Source: Selaginella moellendorffii (taxonomy: Eukaryota > Plantae > Lycopodiophyta). Taken from it: DNA of 64,000 bases. The notes under the pieces were generated by a model. It searched no databases. It worked only from the letters and a program-made list of their open reading frames with translations, and had not been told where the DNA came from. A program made the position numbers and the translations under genes. Position 1 is the first letter of the stretch; each line of letters starts with the position of its first letter. The stretch lies in NCBI RefSeq assembly GCF_000143415.4, contig NW_003314277.1, positions 911,818-975,817 of the forward strand. The letters are read 5' to 3'. This document shows positions 11,790 to 24,507 of this stretch, one piece after another.

Positions 11790-14700
11790 TGAGACAAATC
11801 AGGACCAAAGTCCACCACACTAGCGGACAGAACAGGAAAACCCTAATGTCTATATGGCGAGGTGTGTCATGTAACACTCCCCCCAAACCAAAGCCACTCA
11901 CCAAACCAAATCTGTCGCATAGGAGCTGAAACTAGTGTGGCCCCAATGGCTTGGTGAGAAGGTTGGTTGGCATGTCTTGTGTCCCGAGATGTTGGATGGC
12001 CAGGGTGCTGCTGTCAACCAACTCATGCATGTAGTGAAATTGGACTTCAATATGCTTCAAGCGAGCATAGTGGATGGGGTTCTTGGACATGGCAATGCTA
12101 CTTTGGTTGTCACACCAAGAAGTAGTGGGGCCAACTTGTGCACATCCCAGCTCAACAAGTAGCCCTTGAGCCCAAACCACGTCCCTGCTACTAGTAGTGA
12201 GGTGATGTACTCCGCTTCTGCACTAGAAAGTGCCACCACAGATTGTCGCTTGGAGGCCCATGTGATGGCACCTCCTAAGAAGGAAAGGTAAATGCTAGAA
12301 GTCAAGCAATGACTTTTGTTGTTGGCAAAACTAGCATCTGTGTAGCATGTCAATGATGCATCACCCACTGAATAAGCAATGCTGTAGTCCATAGTGCTTT
12401 AGGTATCTTATGATACACTTGGCAACTTGCCAATGTATGGTGGTTGGTGATTTGTTGTACTGACTCAAGGCAATAGTTGCATAGTGATGTCGGGGCAAGT
12501 CATCAGGGCTAAATACGTGAGGCAACCAATGAGATGCCGATACGAGTCCCAGTGGGTAGAGGGTCACTAGACTGCTCAATTGTGAGGTCGATAGCACCAA
12601 CAACCATCAAGGTTTTGACAAGGTGGCAATCACACATACCAAACCAATCTAGCAAGACTTCAACCTTACATCGTTGGCTAAGCATGTAGCCACCAGACTT
12701 AGGATCATATGTGACTTCAAAGCCAAGAAAGTAAGAGACTTAGCCAAGGTCCTTCATCTGGAATTGCTGGCTGAGAGCAACTTGCAGAGCAGCAATGGCA
12801 TTTGTGTCATCACCCATGATGAGCAAATCATCAACGTAGAGGGCCACAATAAGCATGCTCTTAGCATGACCATTCACATACACATTGTGATCAACATGGC
12901 AGCAACAACAGCAATGAAAGCCTTGAGCATGTAGGGTGGCATCAAATTTTTGATACCAAATATGGGAGCTTTGTTTTAGGCCATATAAAGCTTTCTGCAA
13001 TTAGGGCCACTAGGGGCAACAAAACTAGGAGGTATATGCATGTAGATATCCTCTTGCAAATCCCGATTCAAAAATGCTATTTTGACATCCATATGGTGGA
13101 CTTGCCATTTGTGAGCAACCGCAAGTGCAAAAAGGGAACCAAGGCTGGCCATTTTTACAATCGGTGAGAATGTTTCATCTTAGTCAAGGCCATGGACTTG
13201 GTGAAATCTGCAAACAACCAACCATGCCTTATAATATACAACCTGACCATCTTTCCCATACTTTTTGGAAAAAATCCATTTTGGATCCAAAACACGTCAT
13301 CCCGGTGGTGCTAAATTAACTGGAACATAAGTTCTGTTAACCCAAATGGAAGCAACTTCTTCCACAATAGCTTCCATCCAAGATGGAGCCTTAGGTCCTG
13401 AGACGGCCTTATCATAGGTCATGGGGATGCTGACGTCAACAAGGCCACAAAAGTCATCAAGCTTTACAGCATTTGCTTTAGTATTTTCCCGGACTTTCAA
13501 TGAGGGCTGATGTTTCTGAGGGTCATCAAGAACTGGCATTGGATCAGGCATGCCACAACGTCGACAAGGTGGTGAAGGTGTCGAAGGCCTGTCCTCAACT
13601 GGAGGAGAATTAGCTGGTTCAAGCATGTCCAGAAGTAGAGGATTCCCCAATGGAATCTCTAGTGGCAACTCATGAATAGGATCCAAAGGCAGAGGCAAAA
13701 GTGGACCATCTCCCATAAGTGGGATAAAAGGAACAAGTCGAGTCTTAGCAATGAAAGAAAGATCTTGAAGAGCCTTTATATGCATGGGAAAGTCATCTTC
13801 GTTGAACATGATGTCTGTGCTTACAAGGGCCTTGTGAGATCCCACAACTTGTAAGCTTTTCTCCCAATTGTGTCATCTTGTGCATATCCCACAAAGATGA
13901 ATTTTTTACTTTTGAGATCTAGCTTTTTCCGAAGTTGATCATGTTAAGGTATACGCTCTCTATGACATGATCCTAGGTGGTAGTAGTGCCACTTCACTGA
14001 TCCAAGTGTAGGCTAGAGGCGTGTCTCTTGATCATGTATATATCTCTATGATATTATATACAACTATCCTTTGAGTCATCCTTGTCCATTGTAGCTTTCG
14101 CTCTTCTTCTTCTTCATGGTATCGGAGCCCTGAGGGCTTCAGATCCTGGGACGATGGCGCTGGCTAAGGAGGAGGCCAGTGAGGATGACGATGAGCCACT
14201 AGACGTGGCTGAGAGGTGCCAGGATTTGGCACTGCACTGCTAAGCGCCAAGATAATGGCACTAGCGAGCTGAGCAAGGCGCTAGGGCGTGATCGGGCAGA
14301 GACTGGCCCAGAGGCGCTGGCAGATGCGCTGAGAGAGGGCTGGCATAAGGCACTAAGTGGTACTAGAGCACTAAGTGATGTGTGCTAGGGCGTGAGAGAG
14401 CAGCTTGAGAGAGCGGCTCTGAGGCGCTGAGAGAGCCACTGAAAAGAGGCACTGATTGAGGCGCTGACTGAGGTGCTGATAGGAGGCACCGAAGAGGCAC
14501 AAGTGCTTGGAGTGCTGGGACTGGTCAGAGGAGCATGTATGGAGCGTTGGAGTGTTGTCTAGAGGTAAACAGGCAGAGGCAATGTTGAGTGTTGGGCTGT
14601 GAGAGGGCTTTGTAGCAGAGGGAGAGAGCCGTTAGGGCTCTGGTAGAGGAGGCTTGATTGAGGCTAAGACAATGGGAGCTTCAGCCGAGGCCAATGAGAG

Positions 14701-16967
14701 ATCAGAGGTATTCCTTGGTCCATCCTTGCTGTGTTTAGACAGGTGTTTCCCGAGAAGGAGATCCTGAGAGGCGGCCATGGGACGATCCAAGAGGCAAAGA
14801 GCCATGGGTTCTAGAGAGGTAGTGCTATAGGTTCCTGAGAGGGAGACAAATTCCTATCGTGGATACGAGAGAGTGCTTGGATGTAAAGGGAGAGTGATCT
14901 TAGATTCATGTCATCGAGATCAAGAGGGAGTGTTGAGGTATACGCTCTCTATGACATGATCCTAGGTGGCAGTAGTGCCACTTCACTGATCCAAGTGTAG
15001 GCTAGAGGTGTGTCTCTTGATCATGTATATATATCTATGATATTATATATAATTATCCTTTGAGTCATCCTTGTCCATCGTAGCTTCCACTCTTCTTCTT
15101 CTTCAGATCAGAGGTATGCACATATGCTGCACAACCGAAAACTCAAAAGTGGGACACATTAGAAGTAGAATCTGTCCAAAATGCCTCAAGGGTTTTTCCA
15201 TCCAAAGCAGCTGTGGCAAGGTGATTTTGGACATGCATTGGCCTCTTGCCAAAACATCTTATCAAGATGTGGATTAGCTAACAAAGCGTGAGCAGCATTG
15301 ACAAGAGTGCGATTCTTCGTTTTTACAACACCATTTTGCTGGGGGGTGTAGCGGGCTGTAACTTGCAATCATATGCCTACATCACGACAGATGCCCCGAA
15401 GCTCATTGTTGAGGTATTCACCACCACCATCAACTTGAAGAGTTTTTATCTTTCGACCAAAGAGATTTTCAACATATGCTTTGTATATTTGAAATGTAGC
15501 AACTGCATCACTCTTACACATCAAGAAGTGAATGCATGTCCAACAGCTATAGTCATCAATAAATGTGATCAAATATCTTGCACCATCATGGCTTGGCATG
15601 TCCATGGGGCCACAAAGATCAGAATGGACCTAGTCTAGAAGTTCAATTGCTCGATGCGTGCTCAATGAGAAATTCTGGCAGTGATGCTTGCCTAAAACAT
15701 AAGCTTCACAAAATGTAAATGGGATATGTCGGAAATCCAATCCAATAACAATATCTTGGGATTTCATCTATTGAAGAGATTGATAATGACATAACCAAGT
15801 CTCTTGTGCCAAAGTTCCACACAAGAATTTGCCTCTACAGTTTGAAAAGCCTAAACTTGGTCGGCAACAATGATTTCATACAAGTCCCCAATGTGTGGCC
15901 TATGAAGCAACTGTGTACCAAGCATGTGAAAGTTGCTAGAGTCAACCAAAGAGACTCCCTTTGCATCAAAGACTACCATTGCATTTTGATTATATATCTT
16001 GGTAATGGACATTAAATTTTGTCACAAGGTGGAAATGTGCATGGCACTATCAAATGCCACAGTCCTCCCATGATTAAGTGAGAGTTGAAATTGCCTAATG
16101 CCTTCCACAAGGATAGTGGTATTGTCATTTAAATGAACACCATGTTTTCCAATGCTAGATTGATAACACTCAAAAAGACTCTTTTATTGCCCATAAAATT
16201 AGTACAACTAGAGTCTAGGAGCCACCTACTTGGTGTTACAATTGCCTCTTCATTATAGAGCTCCTCAACCACCTCATTTGTTGTAGCAATTCAGATTGGC
16301 TTTTGCCATCATAGCTAGTCACTTGTTATCTTTGGTTGGAAAAGCAATCATCCCTGGTTGGAGAAGCAGGCTCTCAACTGCATTCTTCCAGCTAGCTGGC
16401 AAGGACCTGTAGAGATGCAACCTTTGTTGCTCATCTGTGAGATAGTGCTTCGCTAGCAGCCGCAAGTTGTGTGAAAAAGCCTTGGAGTTTGGCAAGTGTG
16501 AGTCTGAATACTGCCATTTTCCTCTAGCCTTAAGGAATCCATTTGTGAATGGATGTTGAAAACATCCATTTCACTCTTGGTGCCATAGGTGTCACTCAAC
16601 CACTTCCAGAGTGCTGCTGCAGTGGACTTTAGAATCGATGGGGCAACAAAGAGAACATTCGAGGACAAGCACATTGCAATACTCCCTCTAGCCTTGGAAT
16701 CCTAAAGGTTCCAATCATGCACCTTAGCAGCACTAGAGCCTAGAGCCGGTGATGGCTTTGTCCCATCTACAATCCCCAACAAACCATGAAACAAGAGGTA
16801 GGATTCAAGATGGATCTTGAATCCCTCAAACCCTTCTCTATCAAACTCACGGATGGATGGCTTTCCTTCCATAGTGCTATCCCAGCTCCCATACCATGAG
16901 ACAAATCACACTAGCGGACAGAACAAGAAAACCCTAATGTCTATGTGGTCAGACATGTCGTGTAACA
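11790..16967 (-). mobile_element. Ty1/Copia LTR retrotransposon, decayed, with very short LTRs
   Basis: LTRs at 11790-11876 and 16897-16967. Met-tRNA PBS-like TGGTATGGGAGC (16885-16896); PPT GGGGGAG next to 11877. Gag, protease (WLLDSSCT), integrase (FIDDYS..DGGGEY..PQQNGV), RT (KALYGLKQS, ALYVDDLLI) and RNase H (WASKRQSVVALSSAEAEY, CDNQS, KHIEV) lie in Copia order, all broken. Confidence 0.93.
13942..15105 (+). mobile_element. TRIM (terminal-repeat retrotransposon in miniature), nested in the Copia integrase region
   Basis: 175-bp TG..CA LTRs at 13942-14116 and 14931-15105 (about 9 mismatches). PBS TGGTATCGGAGC at 14117, PPT CAAGAGGGAG at 14921-14930, perfect 5-bp TSD GATCA (13937-13941 / 15106-15110). 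The interior has no gag/pol ORF. Confidence 0.95.
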
Positions 16968-17279
16968 AAGAGGAGGGTCACAATGCGGGTCTTCCCTCAA
17001 TCTTCCTTCACCGCATAGACTAAAAGCTATGTTGGCTTGCGTCATCCAGCATTGATCCAAGACTTGTTGTTAAGTTCGTGCCTGCTACGGCAGACATCGC
17101 TTCCCTCCCATCGATGAACACTCGCCCACCGGCAAAGCACTATTCTCTTCCTATATCTTTCTGTTCTGCCAGGTTGAAAGACAGCTTCGCGTATGCAACA
17201 CCAAGCCGAGGGAAGATCTCTCGAGTATACGGCGACAGAAGCTCTCACAGTGAGTGTGCTGTCTTTGGATCGCTCTCAT

Positions 17280-19867
17280 CAGCCATGTACACTCATATGC
17301 ATTCGAACATTCGAATGCAACCAGATTCGAACGGGTATTGAACGTTTAATACCCGTTTAGCTTTTTTTCGAACGGGTATAATGGTTTTCAGTTTTAATAT
17401 AATTAAAAAATAATTAACTGTTACTAAACAAAGTTTAACATAATATAATATAGGTTTAATCTAATCTTCATCCTTTGAATCTAGAACATCATCACCACTA
17501 GCGTCGTCATCATCAGGTTGTTGAAGAGGTTCTTCAACAACCTCCTGAAGTGCAAGGATCCTTTGCCACTGAGGCTCAAGCTCAAGGTTATCAAGATCAT
17601 GCCGATAAGCCTCAAACTCCCGAACTCAATCTTCTATACGACACGCATATTTGTGTGCACAAAAACCAGCTTCTCCAAATTTTTGGAGAGTAGTCGAGAC
17701 CTCCTCTTCATCTAGATCATGCTCCATGAGCTCCAGTTTCGCTCCCATGGTGAAGCACAAATTGGCTGACTCAAGATCCGTAAAGCAAGCCTTTGAAGTT
17801 CTGGTGTGCCTACACCAAAGTTGCTCCACCAACTCACCGGGTGTTTCTAGTTCTCCATCTATACAAGAGAATCAGTCTAAAAAGTTGACAAACAAACAGT
17901 TTATACACACCTGCTTTGCTGCCTCCGAAGAGAACAAACGGCCAAGTTGTTGACGGAAACTCTAAAACTCATGCAGCAGCTTGTGTTGAAGTCCTCGATC
18001 TCCTTTGCAATACAACTCTAGGTACTCCACAAAATCTTCCTGAGCCTCCTGGTCAAGAGGGAGATGAAGAAAGGCTGGGTTCAGAACAAAAGCAGCTCCA
18101 TGCAAGATCGAATGCATCTAGAACCAATGAGCTGCTTTCCGACCTCCCTCGCCATGATCCTCCATCATGAACCTGTTGATCTCCTTGACCTCTTCCTCAA
18201 CTAAAATCCCAGTCTCAACAGCCTCTGAAAGCTTCTTATTCATCCGGTCCATAGCCTCGAAAATGAGACCGGAAGTTGTCCCCTCCCGGTCTGCAAGCTT
18301 CAAGACCTTGAGAAGCAGTCCAAGCAGCACCAACAAGTGTTGGCACCTAGTCCAGAAAGAGTTCGGAGTCTCTTCTAAGATCCGAGTTCGAATGCGCTGG
18401 GCTTTGGCGGTCTTCTTGACGTCCACATCGCCGCCACTCAGAGCTCACAACCATCTCCTTCAATGCCTCCAAGGTCGTCAGATTCAGGAGTTGAGACATC
18501 ACTAGAAACATGTAAGTGAACCTTGTGCTTGCTGGCTTGATGAGATCCTGATTGCTTAGCTTCCGAAACAAAGCCAGAACACAAGATTTTTTGGTGATAA
18601 AAGTTACCACCTCGTTGCAGCCTTTCACCAGTGGTTTTACCCACGACAAGCTCCCGATATCTTCGAAGAGAAGGTCCAAGACGTGGCACACACACCGGCT
18701 GTAGAGAATGTGAGGATACTCAGCTGTCATGAGTTCTCCCATCTGCACACAGTTTGATGTATTGTCAGTGATCACTTGAACAACATTTTCTTCGCCAACT
18801 TCTTGAATCACTTTCTTCAGCTTGACCCAAATCCACTCTCCCGTCTTTGTCCTGCCCTCAGAATCTACAGACTTCAAGAAAACCGAACCCTGGACGTTGG
18901 AGGCCATGAAGTTGATCAAGGATCGGCTATGGTTGTCAGACCAGCCATCGGTGACGATGTTAACTCCATATCTTCTCCACCCCTCACGGATTGGATCAAG
19001 TCAAGCATTGACACTATCATAAAGCTTCTTCAACTGTGTACTCCGCAGCTTCTCATATTCTGTGCAAGAGCTCCAGGGCCGAAGTCGATAGTAGCTTGAA
19101 GCAACTTCCTCAAATTTGGCCTCTGAATGGTGTTGAAAGGGATATTTTCAACGTAGAAGAACTCAGCCATGGCATTATCCAGACATTGAACCTTTGTAGA
19201 CTTCATCATCTTTCAAATGTCACCATCCAGCACTGGTGCAGCACTTCGTTTAAGACTGCTGCTCCCGAAAAGTGGAATACTGCCGCTGCTCACCTCACCC
19301 AGCCCTTCAATAGCCCCACCACTTGCCCCACAGCTGGCACCGCCGCTCACCTCACCGACCTCAGTCTCGTGAGCTAAGGCAAGTCTCTCTTGGGGACTTG
19401 TTGCAATCATGGAGCTCTTCGTGAGCTCCACACAATTAAAAGATGCCCGAGCCTTGTTCACCACCTCCAGTGGCATTTGTCCTGTACAAATCTCTACATT
19501 CCTTCCTTTCACACCCCCAAGGTGAGCACGAACTTATTCAGCCGTGCCGGTGTAAGTATTCGAGCAATACTTACACTTCCATGGACTCACACCGTGGCTT
19601 GTCTCGGATGTCAGCCTCAATTTCAGAACAGAGCCCAGCTCCAGCATGGTTGCCTTCCTCCCCCCATCCCGGACTTACCTCAACACTTCTGGATCCTGTG
19701 AACCCTGATTTTACATGAACCCTAATCCTAAGTAAAAGAAAGCATATTCTTTAGGGTTTTTTAAAAATATTCTTGGTGTTTAAACGCCGTATTATATGTG
19801 CGTTTTAAACGGCGTTTTTTATTAATCACACCCGTTCAAATGCAAGTATGCTCGTAACCCGAGGCTG
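17280..19867 (-). mobile_element. hAT-superfamily DNA transposon (BED finger + DUF659 + hATC), pseudogenised
   Basis: WKCKYCSNTY..VRAHLGG BED finger; IVTDGWSD..INFMA..GSVFLKSVDS, VVQVITDNTSNC, CVCHVLDLLFEDI, PASTRF. Ends begin CAGCC/GGCTG with subterminal GCATTyGAAC/GAACGGGT repeats. No clear 8-bp TSD. Confidence 0.88.
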
Positions 19868-20069
19868 CATATTTCATTGCGAATACTGGTAATGTTTGCA
19901 TCCCACCAGGACTGCCATATTCCCGCATCGAACCAATGCCATAACACACGAAGATGACGGACTGCCTAGGGCATACGTTCTCTTACGGCACAGTTCTTCC
20001 ATGAATATCGTACTACGTTACAATCACTCTATGAGAACGAGAATAAAAAAGATAAAAGGACTTACTTAG

Positions 20070-20175
20070 TTGCCATTTCCTTCTCTTCCGACCAGAGATC
20101 GGCCAGTCCTGCATGAGGGCCGCATGCAAGCAGTGGAAGGATCTCATCGGATCACCTGAATTTGCTCTTCACTGA
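20070..20175 (+). pseudogene. F-box domain remnant
   Basis: ATGAGGGCCGCATGCAAGCAGTGGAAGGATCTC.. = MRAACKQWKDLIGSPEFA-stop, a typical F-box C-terminal helix. Confidence 0.5.
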
Positions 20176-20527
20176 TAGATCCAGCGGGACAAGAAGTAGC
20201 ACAACATGAACTGGGTTTTGCACTCTGCCGGTGGCTTGTTATTTGGGAGCTTATACTCCGCTAGCACGCTTTTCGCTGCATCAAAGGACGAGATTATATG
20301 GAATGTCCAAGATCCTTGAGATTTTTTAGGTTTTAGGGGTTTAGGCGATACCATATATGTCAGAATATGTAGTGGGGATTAAAATCACTGTTAAACCCTT
20401 AATTTGAATTATCGGACTTTTTCTCGAAAACTACTTAAAGAAGGTTTTAACGCAAAAATCCTTCTTCTACAAACTCTATATAGATCTTATCAATCTTCCG
20501 ACCGAGATCTTCGATTTCCCTTTCCTT

Positions 20528-21715
20528 TCACGAGACCGTGGATTTAAATGCCGCAGCCGTGCATCTCACGTAAGCATCGGCTTGTGCTTTGCATCGCACA
20601 GGATCCTGTAGAGGAAGATAAGAAAACGTTGGAGACGAAAGTGAAGAGTACCAGTTTTTGGTAGCATTCGATGCATGCGTCCTTCTCAGCAGCGCAAGGT
20701 TGTGCTCTCGGCGCAGATCTGCTGTAGCGAGGAAGATTTAAACCAAGAACGAGATAAAAGAAAAACTCAGAGACGAACTTACTCGCTGCGGTGCCTGTGT
20801 TGTAGCTCTTCGGCTCTCTTCTTCATCTCTTCGAGCTCACTGATGCCTCGTTTCTGGAGTTCCTCGCCGTGCTTCTCCTGGGAAACACAAATCATAAAAT
20901 AAGTAAGCTTCTCGAATAGCCGAAGACTCGCAACAAGCAAACAGGAAGGAAGGAAAGAATGTGAGCAACGTTTTAGTAGAGACACTGCCACGATGGAATG
21001 CGTTCTCCGTGAAAGAAGCTCTGCGGTTGTCTGGCCGCTGCCCCGGCTAAAGAAATAACCGAGGCCTTTGATCTAGGAACCATGCACGCACTCGTAGCTA
21101 TCGACGAGCTATACCAGCGCTAGAAAAGTTCCAAACAAAAAACCAGAAAAAGAAAGGAAGACAACCACTTACAGTTTTTTCGAGAACTCCCATCAGAGGT
21201 TGCAAATCCCTGGCGACGGCAGCAGCGGGCACTTCAGCAGTGATTCTCGTCTCGTCACCAGGCTTCACATCCTGATCTTCCATCCCATCTTCTTGTTTCT
21301 CGATCTCCTCTTTGCGAAGATCCTGCTGCTGTCTATCCATCTTTGTCGCCACTTCCTTGCCCGGTCCATCTTCATCGTAACCAGGAGCCCTGGATTCATC
21401 CTTTCTCCTCTCATCAGACACACCGGACCTTCCATCCAATCCCAAATCCAAATGAGACTTTAAGACGATCTCTCCTTCCTTTCGCTCCTCCTCCTTAGGC
21501 GGAGGCTGTGGCGGCTTTTGTGTGGAGAGTGGCGCCGTCAGCAATGCGTGAAGCGGCGGCCTAGGCGGCGCTGTGATAGATCGCGGCGGCTGCGGCGGTG
21601 GCGATGGAGATGGCGTGAACGGCTTGGCCGGGATTACCTTCTTGTCGTCCTCATTGAGGAGCTTGGTCACGAACTCCGGGCTAAACGTGATCGCGAACTT
21701 GCGCTCTCCTTTCAT
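20528..21715 (-). CDS. Coiled-coil protein with C-terminal twin CX9C (CHCH) motif, Mic19/CHCHD3-like
   Basis: Exons 21715-21173, 20877-20783, ~20718-20652, 20605-20528 give MKGERKFAITFSPEFVTKLL..Pro-rich..ELEEMKKRAEELQ..PCAAEKDACIECYQKLDPVRCKAQADAYVRC..stop. Confidence 0.8.
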
Positions 21716-21796
21716 CTCCAAAACCCTCTCTCGCAAACCCTAAAACCTCATGCCCTACATTTGTGGGAACTCTTTTTCTTCTCGTGAAGATCTAAC

Positions 21797-23225
21797 ATGA
21801 GCGTCAGCTTGATCGGTGCCTCCCTCGTGAGGCGCGCTCTGCGAATTCGCCAGCGCCAATTCTCGTCACTGGCGTCTGGAGCTGCGCAGCCAGAGAACGC
21901 TTCCTCGAGGTAGTAATCCTTGCATTGTGCTTGATCACTGAAGAACAATACCATGCTAGAATTTTCTTCTGATTTCGTAGAAACTCTTGAGAACGATGAC
22001 AATTTTCTACGGAATCAACTTCTACTCTTGAAACAGGATTCTAGAGGAAGATGTGAAAAAATTCGAAGAAGATGGTGCTGTTGTCTTGCGGAAGGCCATC
22101 CCTTCGTCCTGGGTGGAACAACTTCGTGTTGCTGCTGACAATAACATGAAAAATCCAGGTAAGTTCTATGAAATTTTTCTTCTTCTTCTTCTTCTCTTTT
22201 TTTTTGGTTCTATCAAAGTTTTTGCTCATGGCTCTTGATCTTCAGGTCCTTTGTGCGACGAACATGTAAAGCCAGGAGAGGTTTGTACAATCTCACACTA
22301 TGCAAGGCTTGACACTATTGCAGCCAGGACGTTTCCATGACGACCAATTTCTGTGGCTTCGTCACAACACAATGCGCTCGTTTATTTTTGAGTCTCCTGT
22401 TGGTGAAATAGCGAAGGGGATGATGAGGTTCTTCATTTTATTCGTGTTTCTTCTTGGCTTTTGGTTATAGTTTCTTCCTTTTTTGCCACAGGGGAAAGCT
22501 CGCGAGGCTCTTCTACGACCAGTTACTCGTGAAAGAACCTGGTACTCGGACCACCACACCTTGGCATAACGATCACTCGTATTGGCAGCTTTCCGGTGAC
22601 CAAGTTATCTCCGTTTGGCTCGCTCTAGATCCTGTCCCAGAATCCTCCTGCGTCCAATACGTAAAAGGCTCTCACAAGTGGAGACTTCTTCACAGGTAAC
22701 TTGAAAACAAAAATGAATCACTGTGTCACTGTTCTGTATCTATTTGCAGGATTGCTTCTTTCTCAGGTGATGAAGACCGCTACAAGAGCGACATGACAGA
22801 TTCCTTACCAGACATTCCTAACATTGACGAGAAGCTTGACGAGGTAAAAAATACAAGGAAAATCTCTCATCGGTATTGGTCGTGTTCGCTCAATCTGAGA
22901 TCCAACCATCGCAGCTCACGCTTCTTAAATGGGATATGGAGCCCGGAGACTGCCTCATACACCACAGCTTTGCTGTCCACGGTGCTCCAGGGATTGGAGA
23001 AGCCAGTGGAAGGCGACGGGGCTACGCCACTCGCTGGGTTGGCGAAAGCGTCAAGTTTGATCCCCGGCCCGGTAATAAATGATGCTGTTCTTCGTGCTTC
23101 TTCTTTACCGCTTTCAGTGACACTCTGCAGGTACGATGCACTACGTGTGGCTCAAAGCTGGAATAGATGCCGCGCTCCAGCCGGGTGAGTCTATGGATTC
23201 ACATTTATTTCCACACGTCTGCTAG
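21797..23225 (+). CDS. Phytanoyl-CoA dioxygenase (PhyH)-family Fe(II)/2-oxoglutarate dioxygenase with a transit-peptide-like N-terminus, 8 exons
   Basis: MSVSLIGASLVRRALRIRQRQFSS..; FEEDGAVVLRKA; LLVKEPGT..TPWHND (HxD); VWLALDPV..YVKGSHKW; MEPGDCLIHH..VHGA..RRRGY. All introns GT-AG. Confidence 0.92.
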
Positions 23226-23670
23226 TTACTGTAAGTTTATCATCAAGTTTGTCAGAGGTTATTTGCGTGTGTTTGTGCGTTGATTCTTCCTTCTCTTGAG
23301 TTGTTTGCGATTCTCAGCTAGCAGATATGTTCACTTCGATGTAGCACGAATGTGTGATGATCTCTTCTGATTGTTTCACTATCGTAGCTGTTTGTACGTT
23401 TCATTTGCCGCAGCTCTTAGAGTACTGTCTCGATTTGTAGCACGTTGCTCTTTGTGGTTGTCACGTTCTACTATCACTGTCTATCTATCACTATCATTTA
23501 TAGTTGTATTTACATGATCACACGATCACAAGTATATAATCGTTACTTTAAAAGCCATGATCTGTAGGAATAGAAGTATACCATGTTTCGTTATAAACTC
23601 TGAATATTTCATTCTGTATTCTCATTTCGGAGAATATAATTCATTCACCTCGGAGGGACGAGCAAGAAAA

Positions 23671-24162
23671 ATGAAGGGCTTCCATTCGCTCTTGCTGCTG
23701 GTGGTCTCTCTCAGTTTTGCTGTTTCTTATGCAGCTCCAATAAAAGTGCTGGATTTCTACCTCCACGACAAGGTCGATCTAACCAATCCCAGCAATTCCA
23801 CGGTGGTTTTAGTTGCAGGCCCCAAAAATCTCCAGTTTGGAGCGGTGCTTGTCATCGACGATGTTCTCACCAAGGGCCCTTCCCGTGACTCCGAGATTGT
23901 GGGGAGAGCCAAAGGGACGTATATCAGCGACGATTCCACCAACACCACAACCGGTTTGTTCTTGACATTTGTGGCTGTGTTCAAGGATGGGACGATGAGC
24001 ATGTACGGCCAAGACAACATCTTCGATGAAGTCCGAGAGCTTGCAGTGATTGGAGGCACCGGAGCCTACAGATTTGCGTCGGGGTATGCGCAGATTAGGA
24101 CCTACAAGATCATTCCGCCGCTTTCGGCAATCTTAAAGTTTCATGTGTTTTACAAGAACTGA
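23671..24162 (+). CDS. DIR: Dirigent protein (copy 1)
   Basis: Signal peptide; FYLHD, FGAVLVIDDVLT.GP...S..VGRAKG, RELAVIGGTGAYRFASGYA. Confidence 0.93.
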   Translation: MKGFHSLLLLVVSLSFAVSYAAPIKVLDFYLHDKVDLTNPSNSTVVLVAGPKNLQFGAVLVIDDVLTKGPSRDSEIVGRAKGTYISDDSTNTTTGLFLTFVAVFKDGTMSMYGQDNIFDEVRELAVIGGTGAYRFASGYAQIRTYKIIPPLSAILKFHVFYKN

Positions 24163-24426
24163 GATGGGCGCCAAGATGGTCATTCAAATCAGATCAGAAT
24201 AAAAGCTTGCTTTGGATCTTTTGGATTTTAATGATTATGTTGTTGGCGCTTCAGTTGCTTTGCTCAGTGTTCTAGCTGCTGCTCAGCATTGATCTGGCAG
24301 ACTGCTGCTTCTGTTTTTTATCGTCTTAGTTGTCGCCGCCGTTTATGGTGGTGGCGGATCCTGCTAGTAGGTGGACAATAGAAATCAATTTTAAACATAA
24401 TCGCCCCACACATGCTTAGAACAAAG

Positions 24427-24507
24427 CGTGGACGGCAGGATTCGGACCTGCGGGGGCAGAGGCCACATGATTTCTAGTCATGCCCAATAACCATCTGGCA
24501 TGTTCAC
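24427..24507 (-). tRNA. tRNA-Ser(AGA), probably a pseudogene
   Basis: GTGAACATGCCAGATGGTTATTGGGCATGACTAGAAATCATGTGGCCTCTGCCCCCGCAGGTCCGAATCCTGCCGTCCACG. Anticodon arm CATGA-CTAGAAA-TCATG and a long variable arm are present. The T-loop reads GTCCGA rather than GTTCGA, and acceptor and D arms have mismatches. Confidence 0.8.

Noticed and set aside
17272-19875. Target-site duplication for the hAT element
   Set aside because: The 8-bp flanks GCTCTCAT and CATATTTC do not match. The shared CAT could be chance, so the ends remain approximate.
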